A stretch of 64,000 nt of DNA from Deltaproteobacteria bacterium (GTDB lineage Bacteria; Myxococcota; Kuafuiibacteriia; Kuafuiibacteriales; Kuafuiibacteriaceae): positions 448,001 to 512,000 of the forward strand of contig JAVJQW010000057.1 of assembly GCA_040218735.1 (NCBI GenBank), given 5' to 3'. The notes under the pieces are model-generated. The model saw only the letters and a list, made by a program, of their open reading frames with translations, made no database searches and was not told the DNA's origin. Below are positions 12,620 to 22,006 of this stretch, in pieces (positions within the stretch are counted from its first letter, which is position 1; each line of letters starts with the position of its first letter). A program made the translations under genes and the position numbers.

Positions 12620-12931
12620 GTGAAGGTGGCGTGCACATGGCCGGTCGACGCGTTGCGCGCGATCCTGGTCCTCAACGCGATCGACGCGATCCTCACCGTG
12701 CTGTGGATTCAGCTCGGGTTCGCGTCGGAGGCCAACCCCATCCTCGCGGAGCTCGCCCACGGCGAGCCCGTGGTGTTCGTCGCCACGAAGCTCGCCCTGG
12801 TCTCCCTCGGCGTGCTGCTCCTCGTACGTCACACGGCACGACGCTTCGCGCGTGCTGCGGTCGGTGGAGGGCTCCTCGCCTATTCGGCGGTGTTCGCCTT
12901 CCACCTCTCGTTCGTGGTCGGACTCGCGTAG
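12620..12931 (+). CDS. Small membrane protein, DUF5658-like
   Basis: LN.ID..LT...G...EANP...F...K pattern; three hydrophobic segments. Confidence 0.7.
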   Translation: MKVACTWPVDALRAILVLNAIDAILTVLWIQLGFASEANPILAELAHGEPVVFVATKLALVSLGVLLLVRHTARRFARAAVGGGLLAYSAVFAFHLSFVVGLA

Positions 12932-13011
12932 TCGACTTCCGTGCGGGGCGACTTCGTGCGCGCCGTGGCAGTTGGCCACGACGCGGGCGATCGAAGGGAC
13001 GCGTCGAGCGC

Positions 13012-13027
13012 TGGCAAACATTCTGCA
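13012..13027 (+). promoter_or_regulatory. Sigma-54 (-24/-12) promoter candidate
   Basis: TGGCAAACATTCTGCA gives GG-N10-GC spacing; the predicted TSS falls ~3 nt before ATG 13041. Confidence 0.5.
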
Positions 13028-13040
13028 AAGCAGACCCTGC

Positions 13041-14594
13041 ATGCCCACGACGAGACTCCCCCTCCTCGCCCTCGCGACCACGTTCGTCGCACCGACCGCC
13101 TACGCCTACGAGATCGGGTCCCCGGTCGCCGTCGAGTGCCACGAGAGGCTGACGCGCTACGCCGTCGCTGAGGCCCGCCGCGCGACGAACACCGCCATCG
13201 CCCCTGCGCTCGATGACGACCAGCGCGCGTTGTTCGAAGACCTCCCGTTCGAGACCGACAGCGACGACGGATTCGGCTCGTGGATCACCGTGCTCGCCAA
13301 CCGGAGCCTCGACCTGGGGAGCAACGAAGCGACCAACCTCGACAAACTCGCTTTTGTGCACGGCGCAGAGGAGAACCAGAAGAAGCACTGCCTCCGGCGT
13401 TCTCCCCAAGACGGCCCCGAGGGCGCGCGCGCCGCGCTCGAGGAGTGCCGCGACTTCATCCGCTCACAGGTCGAGCTCGCGATCGGCGGCCTCGACGCGG
13501 ACGGCAACATCGACCGAACGCGCACGATCCGCTTCCCAGCCACACTCTCGATTCGCGGTGACTTCGACCTCGAAGCGCCGCAGTTCTACGTCGGGCTCGG
13601 CCGCGCGCTCCACACCCTGCAGGATTCGTTCAGCCACACCTACCGAACGCCCGACGACCTACGCGTGACGACCGTCCTCAACTGGGCCGAGCTCGCCGAA
13701 GCGACACACGATCCCTCCGTCGACGGCCCGACACACGCGGGCCAGCTCGACGTTTGCGTCGACCTCGACGACTTCCGCGACGGGCGCCTCCGCATGGCGC
13801 GCTCCGCCTCCGTCGAGCTCGCGACGCTCCTCTACGACCGCTCGCTGAGCGCCGACGACAAACGCGCTGCGACGCAGGACATCCTCGACACCTACCTCAC
13901 CTACGAACCCGGCTGCTCGGCATCCAACAACTGGTGTGACGCACCCGAGGCGGCGTTCGGCGACCCCGAGCCCGTGACGTGCTCCGACGCGGGAAGCGCC
14001 GCCGACGGCGGGCTCGCGCTCGGCTTTGCGCTGTTCGGCTTCGTCCTGATGCGACGCCGCCGAAAGTGGATCCCGTGGGTCGGCCTCGCCCTCGTCTTCA
14101 CCTTCGCGCCGAGCCGCGCCGAAGCGAGTGACTTCGGGCTGTACGTCTCCGGCAGCGGCGCCGTCATGAACTCCGCGGTGTCCACCTCGATCGGCGGACG
14201 CTACGCGTTGAGCGAGCAGTGGGTCATCGGCCTCGACGGTGAATGGAATCCGTGGCTGAACGGCACGGACTCCGTCCGCAGCGGCGTCGTCAACGCGTAC
14301 GGCACCGTGATCTTCCGCGTTCCGCTCGAGGACGACAACCTCAACCTCCGCACCACGCTCCAGCTCGGCGTGTCGCGCATGATGTTCGACCTCGTCGGCG
14401 TCCCGGAGGGCAGCATCGGTCCGTACGTCGGCTTCAACCCGCTCGGCATCGAGTGGCGCATGGCCGACGAGGTGTTCCTGATCATCGACCCGGCCCACAT
14501 CAGCGTTCCGGTGCCGCAGTTCCGCGCGGTCCCGTTTGCGTTTCCGCAGTACCGCGTGACGCTCGGCCTGCAGTGGGGTGGCTTCGACCGATGA
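13041..14594 (+). CDS. Secreted protein: Zn-dependent PLC/HET-C-like N-domain, internal MYXO-CTERM-like segment, C-terminal beta-barrel-like domain
   Basis: Signal peptide; HERLT, HCLR, ALHTLQDSFSH; TC-linker-TM-RRRRK; alternating beta-strand C-terminus ending YRVTLGLQW. Confidence 0.75.
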   Translation: MPTTRLPLLALATTFVAPTAYAYEIGSPVAVECHERLTRYAVAEARRATNTAIAPALDDDQRALFEDLPFETDSDDGFGSWITVLANRSLDLGSNEATNLDKLAFVHGAEENQKKHCLRRSPQDGPEGARAALEECRDFIRSQVELAIGGLDADGNIDRTRTIRFPATLSIRGDFDLEAPQFYVGLGRALHTLQDSFSHTYRTPDDLRVTTVLNWAELAEATHDPSVDGPTHAGQLDVCVDLDDFRDGRLRMARSASVELATLLYDRSLSADDKRAATQDILDTYLTYEPGCSASNNWCDAPEAAFGDPEPVTCSDAGSAADGGLALGFALFGFVLMRRRRKWIPWVGLALVFTFAPSRAEASDFGLYVSGSGAVMNSAVSTSIGGRYALSEQWVIGLDGEWNPWLNGTDSVRSGVVNAYGTVIFRVPLEDDNLNLRTTLQLGVSRMMFDLVGVPEGSIGPYVGFNPLGIEWRMADEVFLIIDPAHISVPVPQFRAVPFAFPQYRVTLGLQWGGFDR

Positions 14595-15328
14595 GCTCCC
14601 TGATCGTCGGACTCGAGCGACGCGCGCGTCGTTCGAGTCTGGGCACACTCCTCGTCAGCCCACGCACGCGATGGATCGCAGCCACGACCCTCGTGCTCGC
14701 CACCGTGTGGGTCCTCGTTCGGCTGGTCTTGTTGGCGATCGGTCAGTCGCCCCCGGCGTTCGACGTCGAGCTCGTCCGCATGTTCCGCTCCGCCGTCGAC
14801 ACGACGCTCCCGCGCGGACCGAGCTGGGTCCGGTCCGGCGCTCGTGATGTCACCGCGCTCGGCGGCCCCGTGCTCCTCACCCTGGCGGTGCTGGCGTCGT
14901 GCGCCTACCTCGCGCTGCGTCGGCAGCTGAAGGGCATCGTCGTGCTGGTCACCGCGACGGTCGGCGGCATCGTCCTCGCGTACGGGCTCAAGGGGATCAT
15001 CGGCCGCCCGCGACCGCCGTTCCTCGAGCACTCCGCGCATCCGCTCGCGTCGAGCTTCCCGAGCGGTCACACCACGATGTCCGCCATCGTCTACCTCACG
15101 ATCGCGGCGGTGCTCGTTCGCCTCGTCCGTGAGCCCGGCGTGCGCCGGTTCATGATCGGGACTGCGCTCCTCCTGACCCTCCTCGTCGGCGCGAGCCGCG
15201 TCTACCTCGCGGCGCACTACCCGACGGACGTCCTCGCCGGGTGGTTGATCGGATCGGTGTGGGCCACGCTGTGGGCCCTCGTCGCGCGATCGCTGCAACG
15301 CACCGAGCACCTCGAGGCCGCGCGCTGA
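14591..15328 (+). CDS. PAP2-family membrane phosphatase
   Basis: K....RPRP, SFPSGH, SRVYLAAHYPTDV; ATG overlaps the upstream stop. Confidence 0.9.
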   Translation: MSSLIVGLERRARRSSLGTLLVSPRTRWIAATTLVLATVWVLVRLVLLAIGQSPPAFDVELVRMFRSAVDTTLPRGPSWVRSGARDVTALGGPVLLTLAVLASCAYLALRRQLKGIVVLVTATVGGIVLAYGLKGIIGRPRPPFLEHSAHPLASSFPSGHTTMSAIVYLTIAAVLVRLVREPGVRRFMIGTALLLTLLVGASRVYLAAHYPTDVLAGWLIGSVWATLWALVARSLQRTEHLEAAR

Positions 15329-15334
15329 AGCGAC

Positions 15335-16219
15335 TCAGAGGTGCGCGCGCAGCGTCGCGAGGAGCCGCGCCCAGGCGCGCTCGGCCTGCGCTTCGTCGTA
15401 GACGGGCGAGTCGATCGTGCACCAGCCGTGCTGCGCCGAGTACACCTCGACCTCCGCGGGTCGGTCCGCCGCCTTCGCGGTTTCGGCGAGCACGGTCTTC
15501 GCCTCCGGCTGCCGTTCGTCGTCATTCTGCGCCACGCAGATCAACGCGGCGGCCTGCATCTGCTCCAGGAGTCGATGCGGGCTCGTCGGGTCGTCGGTGA
15601 CGAGCCCACCGCCGTGGAACGAGCCGATCGCACCTACGCGATCCGGTGCGGCCGCCGCGGTTCGGAACGTGAACGGCCCGCCCATGCAGTAACCGGTCGT
15701 GCCGATCTTCTTGTCGGTGTCGACCTCCGGCTGTTCGTCGAGCCACGCGACGAACGCGGCGCCGTCGCGCGTGATCGCTTCGTGCGTGAGCGCCTCGCGC
15801 ATCGGCTTGATCTTCGCGCGCCCCTCTTCCGTCCTCCACTCCGCGAACGTCTCCATCACCGGCAACTTCGACGAGCGGTAGTACGGGTTCACGGCGAGGA
15901 CCGCGTACCCCGACGTCGCGAGCCGCGTCGCCATCGTGCGGTACGCGTCACGGAGGCCCGCGACGTCCGGCCACACGAGGACGGCGGGGTGACGCCCTTC
16001 GGCGGGCGCGACGAAGAAGGCTTCGGCTTCACCGTCGGGCGTCGTGATCGTTGCGGCGCGGCTCTTCGTCTGCGACGCGGCGGCGGGCGCCCCTCCCGCC
16101 TTGCAGCCGGTCAGCGCCGCAGCGACGACGACCCCCGCGCCGATGCCGACCTCGCGCCGGTTGAGGCGAACGCGCTCCAGGTACGCTTCGTTTTCGAGCT
16201 CGGTGGCGTCGTCACACAT
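15335..16219 (-). CDS. Dienelactone hydrolase family protein, Tat/lipoprotein-like leader
   Basis: GYCMGG nucleophile elbow, SFHGG, AQHGW; NRR...LTGC leader. Confidence 0.9.
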   Translation of the reverse strand: MCDDATELENEAYLERVRLNRREVGIGAGVVVAAALTGCKAGGAPAAASQTKSRAATITTPDGEAEAFFVAPAEGRHPAVLVWPDVAGLRDAYRTMATRLATSGYAVLAVNPYYRSSKLPVMETFAEWRTEEGRAKIKPMREALTHEAITRDGAAFVAWLDEQPEVDTDKKIGTTGYCMGGPFTFRTAAAAPDRVGAIGSFHGGGLVTDDPTSPHRLLEQMQAAALICVAQNDDERQPEAKTVLAETAKAADRPAEVEVYSAQHGWCTIDSPVYDEAQAERAWARLLATLRAHL

Positions 16220-16248
16220 GCGCGCGGGAGTCTACGCGCGGGCGGGGT

Positions 16249-16491
16249 CTATTGCATCAGCGTGAGGAGCTGCGAGGAGGTGAACGCGAGGCCGTGGGTC
16301 ACCCAGTGGATCGTCTGCAGGAGCGGCTCCGACGCGATCGCGAGGCCCACGAAACCCGCCGCGAGCGGGAGCCAACGACGCAGCTGCGTGCGGCGCTCCA
16401 CGTGGTTCATCACGCGCGCCGTGAACAACGCTCCGTCGAGCTCGGGTTCGTCACTTCGTAGAAGCTCTGCGATCGCCTGGTCGTCCATCAT
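16249..16491 (-). CDS. Small membrane protein, putative anti-sigma factor
   Basis: D..F..RVM motif followed by a TM helix; overlaps the 3' end of the ECF sigma gene. Confidence 0.55.
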   Translation of the reverse strand: MMDDQAIAELLRSDEPELDGALFTARVMNHVERRTQLRRWLPLAAGFVGLAIASEPLLQTIHWVTHGLAFTSSQLLTLMQ

Positions 16492-16996
16492 CGTAACGCT
16501 CCTGGATGCGCGCCCTACCGCGCGTGATGTGAGATTTGACGGTGCCGAGCGGGACGTCCATGACCTCGCTCGCTTCGCGGTGGCTAAGCCCGTACACAAA
16601 ACACAGGACCATCGCGGTGCGGACGTCCTCGGGGAGCTCCGCGAGGATGCGTTGGGAGTCGACCCGCCCCGTCCGCGGTAGCGTGACGACCTCGGCGTCG
16701 ATCGCGTGGCTCAGGCGCTCGGCGCGCGCGTCCTTTCGGTACGCCATGCGGAACGCGTTGTGCGCGATCTTCATGAGCCACGCCCCGAAGCGACCGCGCG
16801 CGTCGAACGTCGATATGCGCTCCCACGCGCGAAGGAAGGTGTCTTGCGCGAGGTCGTCCGCGTGGGCGTCGTCCCGCGTGAGGTGCCGGAGGTAACCGCG
16901 GACCTTCGCCTGGTGCCGATGGACGAGGGCCTCGAACGCCGCGGCGTCCCCGAGCGCGACGACGCGCGCGACCAGCTCCTCGTCGGACGGCGACAA
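16451..16996 (-). CDS. ECF RNA polymerase sigma factor
   Basis: DDLAQDTFLRAW, F.AWL.KIA.N, GLSH.EAS.VM..PLGTVKSHI.RGR. Confidence 0.92.
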   Translation of the reverse strand: MSPSDEELVARVVALGDAAAFEALVHRHQAKVRGYLRHLTRDDAHADDLAQDTFLRAWERISTFDARGRFGAWLMKIAHNAFRMAYRKDARAERLSHAIDAEVVTLPRTGRVDSQRILAELPEDVRTAMVLCFVYGLSHREASEVMDVPLGTVKSHITRGRARIQERYDDGRPGDRRASTK

Positions 16997-17005
16997 CTTT
17001 CGAAG

Positions 17006-17374
17006 CTACTGTTCTTCGCGGGCGAGGATCCACAACCCGAGGTAGGCGGCGCCGATCAACAGCGGCAGCGCGGCGACGCCGAGCACCGGGCGGATGGCCT
17101 CCGGCTCGCCCTGCACGAGGCCGGCGATAGCCAGGGCCCCGCCGATGGCGGCCCAGAACAGACCGCGCCTCAGATCCTGCTGCGGCTTCGGCGCGTCGCC
17201 GGAGATGGCCTCGAGGACCTCGGGGGACAGCTCGGACCCCTTCTCGAGCGCGAGGCGGTACGTGGCCTGGACTTCCTTCCGCAGACGGAACTTGAGGACC
17301 AGGTAGACACACACGGCCGCCCCCGTGACGAGGAACAGGACGATGGGGATCATCAGGGCGAGGGCTTCTTCCAC
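17006..17374 (-). CDS. DUF6249-like membrane protein
   Basis: IPI.LF, ALEKG.EL, DLRRG motifs; lies directly upstream of the ECF sigma gene. Confidence 0.7.
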   Translation of the reverse strand: MEEALALMIPIVLFLVTGAAVCVYLVLKFRLRKEVQATYRLALEKGSELSPEVLEAISGDAPKPQQDLRRGLFWAAIGGALAIAGLVQGEPEAIRPVLGVAALPLLIGAAYLGLWILAREEQ

Positions 17375-17439
17375 GCCGGTAACGATGCGCGGGGACGAGG
17401 TTTGGATGCAGGGCGTGTCGTTTCTTTCGTGCGCGGGCG

Positions 17440-18468
17440 TCAGGGGCAGCTCGGCGGGGTCACGCAGGTGTTGCCGCTGTAGTCGTACTGGATGCAGAGG
17501 TCGCCCGGCGTGGGGCAGTCGCCGCAGAAGGCGGAGCCGTGGAAGCCGCAGGTCTGGGTCGGGAGGCACATCATGGGCGAACCCCCGCACGCGCTGATCG
17601 CACCGTCGTAGTTGACGGTCCGGACAAAGGTGAGCGGCCGATCGACGCCGACGCTCGTGCAGATCTTGTCGACGCTGGGCGAGCCGGGGGCGGTGCAGTA
17701 GTTCGCCGAGGTCTGCCCGCACTGCACGAAGACGAAGTCGCTGTAGCAGTGCCCCTGGAACTGTCCGTACACCTCGAGCCAGGATCCCGCCTCGACCTCG
17801 AGCGTGCAGACCGTCGCGCCCATCTGCGGCATCGGGCAGTTCTGGACGACGGAACCGCTGTTCACCCAGTACGCGTCCCACGGACCGATGAGCGTGACCG
17901 GGAAGGTGACCACGCCGGCGTCCGGCGCGCCGGCGTCCACCGCGCCACCGTCGTAGGGCGGAACGCCGCCGTCGTAGGGCGGAGCGCCGCCGTCGCGGAA
18001 CCCGGCGTCGAGGAAGCCTGCGTCGGGTGGGCCGCCGTCGCGGAACCCGGCGTCCGGCGCACCGGCGTCACGCGGGCCGCCGTCTCGGAGCCCAGCGTCG
18101 CGGACGCCCGAATCGAACGCGCCGGCGTCGCGCGAACCGCCGTCGTAGGCACCACCGTCGCGAGCCCCCGCGTCGCGAGGCCCCGAGTCGCGGGCACCGC
18201 CGTCGCGCCCGCCGGCGTCACGCCCACCGGCGTCACGCCCACCGGCGTCGCGGGGCCCCCCGTCGCGTGCACCCGCGTCCACCGCACCGGCGTCCACCGC
18301 GCCACCGTCGCGCACCCCAGCGTCGATCCCACCGACGTCCCGTGCGCTCGCGTCGCCAGCCCCGGCGTCGCGCTCGGGTGCGACCACGCCATCGTCGCCG
18401 CCGGCGCACGCGCTCAATGCGAAGCCGAAGACCAGCAGGAGCGTCGAGGGTGCGAGGGACGAACGCAT
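17440..18468 (-). CDS. Lipoprotein with long DAG/DGG pentapeptide linker and Cys-rich C-terminal domain
   Basis: Lipobox LSAC; roughly 25-30 DAG/DGG units; many Cys in the C-terminal domain. Confidence 0.75.
   Translation of the reverse strand: MRSSLAPSTLLLVFGFALSACAGGDDGVVAPERDAGAGDASARDVGGIDAGVRDGGAVDAGAVDAGARDGGPRDAGGRDAGGRDAGGRDGGARDSGPRDAGARDGGAYDGGSRDAGAFDSGVRDAGLRDGGPRDAGAPDAGFRDGGPPDAGFLDAGFRDGGAPPYDGGVPPYDGGAVDAGAPDAGVVTFPVTLIGPWDAYWVNSGSVVQNCPMPQMGATVCTLEVEAGSWLEVYGQFQGHCYSDFVFVQCGQTSANYCTAPGSPSVDKICTSVGVDRPLTFVRTVNYDGAISACGGSPMMCLPTQTCGFHGSAFCGDCPTPGDLCIQYDYSGNTCVTPPSCP
17920..18372 (-). repeat. Degenerate 15-bp coding tandem repeat (xxDAG/xxDGG)
   Basis: Repeated cgcgacggcggc / gacgccggc units in frame inside the lipoprotein. 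Confidence 0.75.
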
Positions 18469-18621
18469 CTTCGACAACCCAGTGCCGCTCCCCTCGGGTT
18501 CGTTCAACCCAGGGCGTGAAGAGTTGCTCGGACACGCAAGTTCTTGCCTCGCGCGCCGACGCGCCGGGCCCAAGTCACGTCGTCGGCGGTGTGGCACGGC
18601 GCGTGTAATCGGTTGCGCGCC

Positions 18622-20445
18622 ATGAAGCCATCCAACGCTCTGGGAGGTCTGATTCCGTGCGCAATGCTGGGCGTGTGCGGCGCGCCCGCTCACGCCATCG
18701 CCGACGACGTGGAGCTCGTGTGTCCGACGCCCGTCCCGTTCGTCGAAGTGTCCGGCACGGCGACTTTCGACCTCGACGGAGTGTCCGGCGTAAAGCTCTC
18801 GAAGAAGGGAGACGCGGGTAAGTTCCGCGTCATCAACGCCGGCCCGACACCGGTCGTTCGCGTGGACACGGTCGAGGCGAAGCCGCGAACGATCGCGTGC
18901 GGGCGCGTCGACGACAAGAAGCTCTACCAACTCACCCTCGACGGTGGCGCTCCAGGGCCCGTTCGCATCCGGGTGTACGCCGACGCTCTGGACAAGCCAC
19001 CCAAGTGGGCGGATCGGACCGCCGAGCGAAAGAAGGCGCTGCGCGAGAAGTGGGCGAAGGGTGAACCTCGTCTACTCATGCACTCCTGGCTGGCGCCGTC
19101 GCTGAGTGCGGTGAAGGACGCCGTCGCCGCTCGCGGTTCCGAGAAGTCCGAAGATGCAGAGCGTCACGCTCGTGCCACCCTCGAACGTGAAGTGAAACGC
19201 GCCAGGGTCCCGGGCTGCACCACGCGCGATCCCGAGACGGCCAGCGACGACGTGAACGCATTCTGCGACTGGGAGCGCCAAAGCATACTCACGCTCGCCG
19301 CGCTGAAGTCGAAGTTCGAGAAGTACGTCCAGGGCAATGAACACGATCTGAGCGGACTCGTTGCGCTCCAGGTCGCGATCGGTGACCTCACCAAGGACGA
19401 CGCGCACTGCAAGACGGTCCCGGAGCTCAGGTGGCTCGCGCTGAACACTGTCTATCGCCTCCGGCTCGACGTCGAAGTCCCGCTCGTCGAGGCCGAGCGT
19501 ATCGCGGTCGTCGGCTACGACGAGGGTGAGGAGCGGATCAACGACGTCGACACCGACGGTGTTCGTGCGGTGCTCATCCCCGACGTCCCGGCGGGGACGC
19601 CGTTGGGCTTCCACATCGGGAAGGGCGACCGCGCCGGCAACCCATCGCTCGCGAAGCTCCTGACAACCTTGTTTCCCCTCGTTCGATCCGGGATGGGTGC
19701 AGGACCGTCGAAGAAAACCGAACGGTTCTACAGCCTCTGCTTCGATGACCAGACCAAGGTCAGGATCGACGACGCGATCGCACCCGACGTCCACCGCACG
19801 TCGCGCACACGAATCGTGAGGAAACTCTATGAGGAAAATACGACGAAGGTGACCGCCTGTGCGGAGGCGAGCTGCGATCCCGCCAAGTCCAAACTCATCA
19901 AGAACCAAGTCGTGTTCTCACCGGATCTGGGTTGGGAGTGGACCCTGATGACTACGCTGGCCTTCTCCTACGGCAAAGATCGCGAGCCCAAGTTCGTAGA
20001 GACCGGAGCCCCGACCGGACCCGACCGTCTGTTCGTCGTCGATGACACGCGACGCGCGGAGGAGCGCATCGGCGCCGCCGTGCTGCTCGGCGGCACCTGG
20101 CGCTGGTGCGGCCACGGCTTCGCCGTGGGCGCGGGCCCCACACTCCTACACGGCGGCGGTCAGGGGCCGTTCCGGCAGTGGAACCTCATGTTGGGCTTCG
20201 AGCTCACGAAGGGCGTCTACGCCATGGCGGGCGGCGCGGTGCGCATCGTGAAGGTCGCGGCGGACGGCTTCGAGACCGGGGACGTGGTCGCGATTCCGCG
20301 TGACGACGACAAAGCCAAGGTGCCCACGGTGCGCACGCGCGATCGTGTGACGCCCGAGATGTTCACGGTCGGGATCGGACTCGACCTGTCCGTGCTCGAT
20401 GACGCCGGCGCGAGCGTCCTGAAGGCGATGGGGGTGACGAAATGA
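18622..20445 (+). CDS. Secreted hypothetical protein with beta-strand-rich C-terminus
   Basis: Signal peptide ending AHA; long ORF; lower GC than flanks; first of four coupled genes. Confidence 0.7.
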   Translation: MKPSNALGGLIPCAMLGVCGAPAHAIADDVELVCPTPVPFVEVSGTATFDLDGVSGVKLSKKGDAGKFRVINAGPTPVVRVDTVEAKPRTIACGRVDDKKLYQLTLDGGAPGPVRIRVYADALDKPPKWADRTAERKKALREKWAKGEPRLLMHSWLAPSLSAVKDAVAARGSEKSEDAERHARATLEREVKRARVPGCTTRDPETASDDVNAFCDWERQSILTLAALKSKFEKYVQGNEHDLSGLVALQVAIGDLTKDDAHCKTVPELRWLALNTVYRLRLDVEVPLVEAERIAVVGYDEGEERINDVDTDGVRAVLIPDVPAGTPLGFHIGKGDRAGNPSLAKLLTTLFPLVRSGMGAGPSKKTERFYSLCFDDQTKVRIDDAIAPDVHRTSRTRIVRKLYEENTTKVTACAEASCDPAKSKLIKNQVVFSPDLGWEWTLMTTLAFSYGKDREPKFVETGAPTGPDRLFVVDDTRRAEERIGAAVLLGGTWRWCGHGFAVGAGPTLLHGGGQGPFRQWNLMLGFELTKGVYAMAGGAVRIVKVAADGFETGDVVAIPRDDDKAKVPTVRTRDRVTPEMFTVGIGLDLSVLDDAGASVLKAMGVTK

Positions 20446-21404
20446 AGAAGCTAGGAATGTTGCTTTGCGTGCTCACCGCCGGATGTGAGCTCGGCGATGT
20501 GCCGGTGAATGTCGTCCTCGACCCGCCGACCATCCGCGGACTCACGTGCAAGGAGCTGCCCTACGAGGACGGCGGTGCGTTCACCGTCGAGATCGGGGCG
20601 ACCGTTCCGGGCCTCGATCGACCCACGCGGGCGACGGTCGAGATCGTGGAGCCCTTCGGCCTCGACGAAGCGCTCCGCTCGAAGACCATCACGTTGATCG
20701 TCGACGACGAAGTGGAGGACCGCGTCGTCGGGAGCGCGAAGCTCGCCGTCCCGGCCGGCGGTCCAGTACGTGTGAACGTGGCGATCGCAACGACGCAGGA
20801 GAGTGTAGCGTTCACGATTGCGTCGCCTCGGCTCGAGATCGACACCGGCGCGTCGGAGCTCTCGCCATTGTTCGAGCGCTGGCCGATGTGTGTGGCCTCC
20901 AACGCCGCGGGGGACGTCACGCTGCGCGCGGTCGGCGCGAGGCTCGGCGACGACGTCACGAAGACCGTGACACTCGCACGCGACGTCTGCGTGGTGGGTA
21001 CGGGGGATCTGCCCTTCGGCGCGAAGGTCGAGGTCTTCCCCACCGCCGACACGTTCAGCCTGATCGCCACGCACACCGTCGCGCCGAACCTCCGACGGGA
21101 GACGATGATGCTGACCCGCTCGGCGCCATCGCCTATCGACATCGAGCTCACCCCCGTCCCCGCCGATCTGCCCAGCCCGGGTGAGCTCGTCGAGATCACC
21201 GTGGAGGTCGAGCGCGACGGCGCACCCATCAGCGATGCGCCGGTCACCTTCGACGTGGTGCCGTCGGATCTCGAGGTCGTCCCCAGCGCGCCGAAGACCG
21301 ATGCGTCGGGCACCGCGGTCGTCCACTTTCGAGCGCCCGCGAGCGGCGAGGTCCGCGTCGAAGCCATCGTCGGCGAAAGACGCGAGGGCGTGACGCTGCG
21401 ATGA
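20442..21404 (+). CDS. Lipoprotein with C-terminal Ig-like (Big_1-type) domain
   Basis: MKK...TAGC lipobox; G.PI.DAPVTF...TDASG.A pattern; ATGA coupling. Confidence 0.7.
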   Translation: MKKLGMLLCVLTAGCELGDVPVNVVLDPPTIRGLTCKELPYEDGGAFTVEIGATVPGLDRPTRATVEIVEPFGLDEALRSKTITLIVDDEVEDRVVGSAKLAVPAGGPVRVNVAIATTQESVAFTIASPRLEIDTGASELSPLFERWPMCVASNAAGDVTLRAVGARLGDDVTKTVTLARDVCVVGTGDLPFGAKVEVFPTADTFSLIATHTVAPNLRRETMMLTRSAPSPIDIELTPVPADLPSPGELVEITVEVERDGAPISDAPVTFDVVPSDLEVVPSAPKTDASGTAVVHFRAPASGEVRVEAIVGERREGVTLR

Positions 21405-22006
21405 GACGTGCGCTCGACCCCTCGTTCTTCAGCAGTACGCTTCGGCCGCTCGACAGCATCGTCGACGTCCCGCCGGCCCGAGGCGGGCTCGTTCGTTTGC
21501 GTCCCCGTGTTCGCTTGGCGCCCCAGGGCGGCCGCCCCTGGTGCTGGGCCTGTGTCACGAGCGCCATCGTGAACTTCTATCGAGGTCGCAATGTCCTCGA
21601 ACCGTGTCGCGTCGCGAACCGGTACCCACCGCGGGACTGTTGCGCGCGCCCCGACGGCTGCAACACCGAAGCCGCCCTGTCCAACATCCTCGACGAGCTG
21701 CGCGCGCTCGAGAAGCCACCACACGGCGTTCTGCCCCATCGTGCGCCGAACCACGATGCGATTCGCGCTCAGATCGAAGCGAACCGGATCGTCGCGGTGC
21801 TGACGCGCCGTTGGGATGGGCACTTCGTCATCGTCGAAGCGATCAGTCGCAATCGCGTCGGCGGCGTCGTCCGCATCCTCGACCCCGAGCGGCCCGACCC
21901 GCAGGACGTCGCGTGGCCACCCGATGACTGGGCGGAGTGGTACGCGACGAAACCGCCCCGGCCGGGCGCGGAAGACATCTTCCCGAAGGAGCAAGTCCAT
22001 GGATGA
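21401..22006 (+). CDS. Papain-like cysteine peptidase (C39/C70-like)
   Basis: Q....WCWA, GHFVIV and ILDP catalytic pattern; ATGA coupling. Confidence 0.7.
   Translation: MRRALDPSFFSSTLRPLDSIVDVPPARGGLVRLRPRVRLAPQGGRPWCWACVTSAIVNFYRGRNVLEPCRVANRYPPRDCCARPDGCNTEAALSNILDELRALEKPPHGVLPHRAPNHDAIRAQIEANRIVAVLTRRWDGHFVIVEAISRNRVGGVVRILDPERPDPQDVAWPPDDWAEWYATKPPRPGAEDIFPKEQVHG

Noticed and set aside
17381-17410. Possible ECF autoregulatory promoter upstream of the DUF6249 gene (AAC...CGTT)
   Set aside because: Spacing is short of the usual consensus and there is no second instance to support it.
17920-18372. Short repeats as a possible CRISPR array
   Set aside because: Degenerate in-frame 15-bp coding repeats without unique spacers; no cas genes in the window.
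18592-18607. TGGCACG sigma-54-like site (also at ~38362)
   Set aside because: The -12 GC is missing at the required GG-N10-GC spacing.
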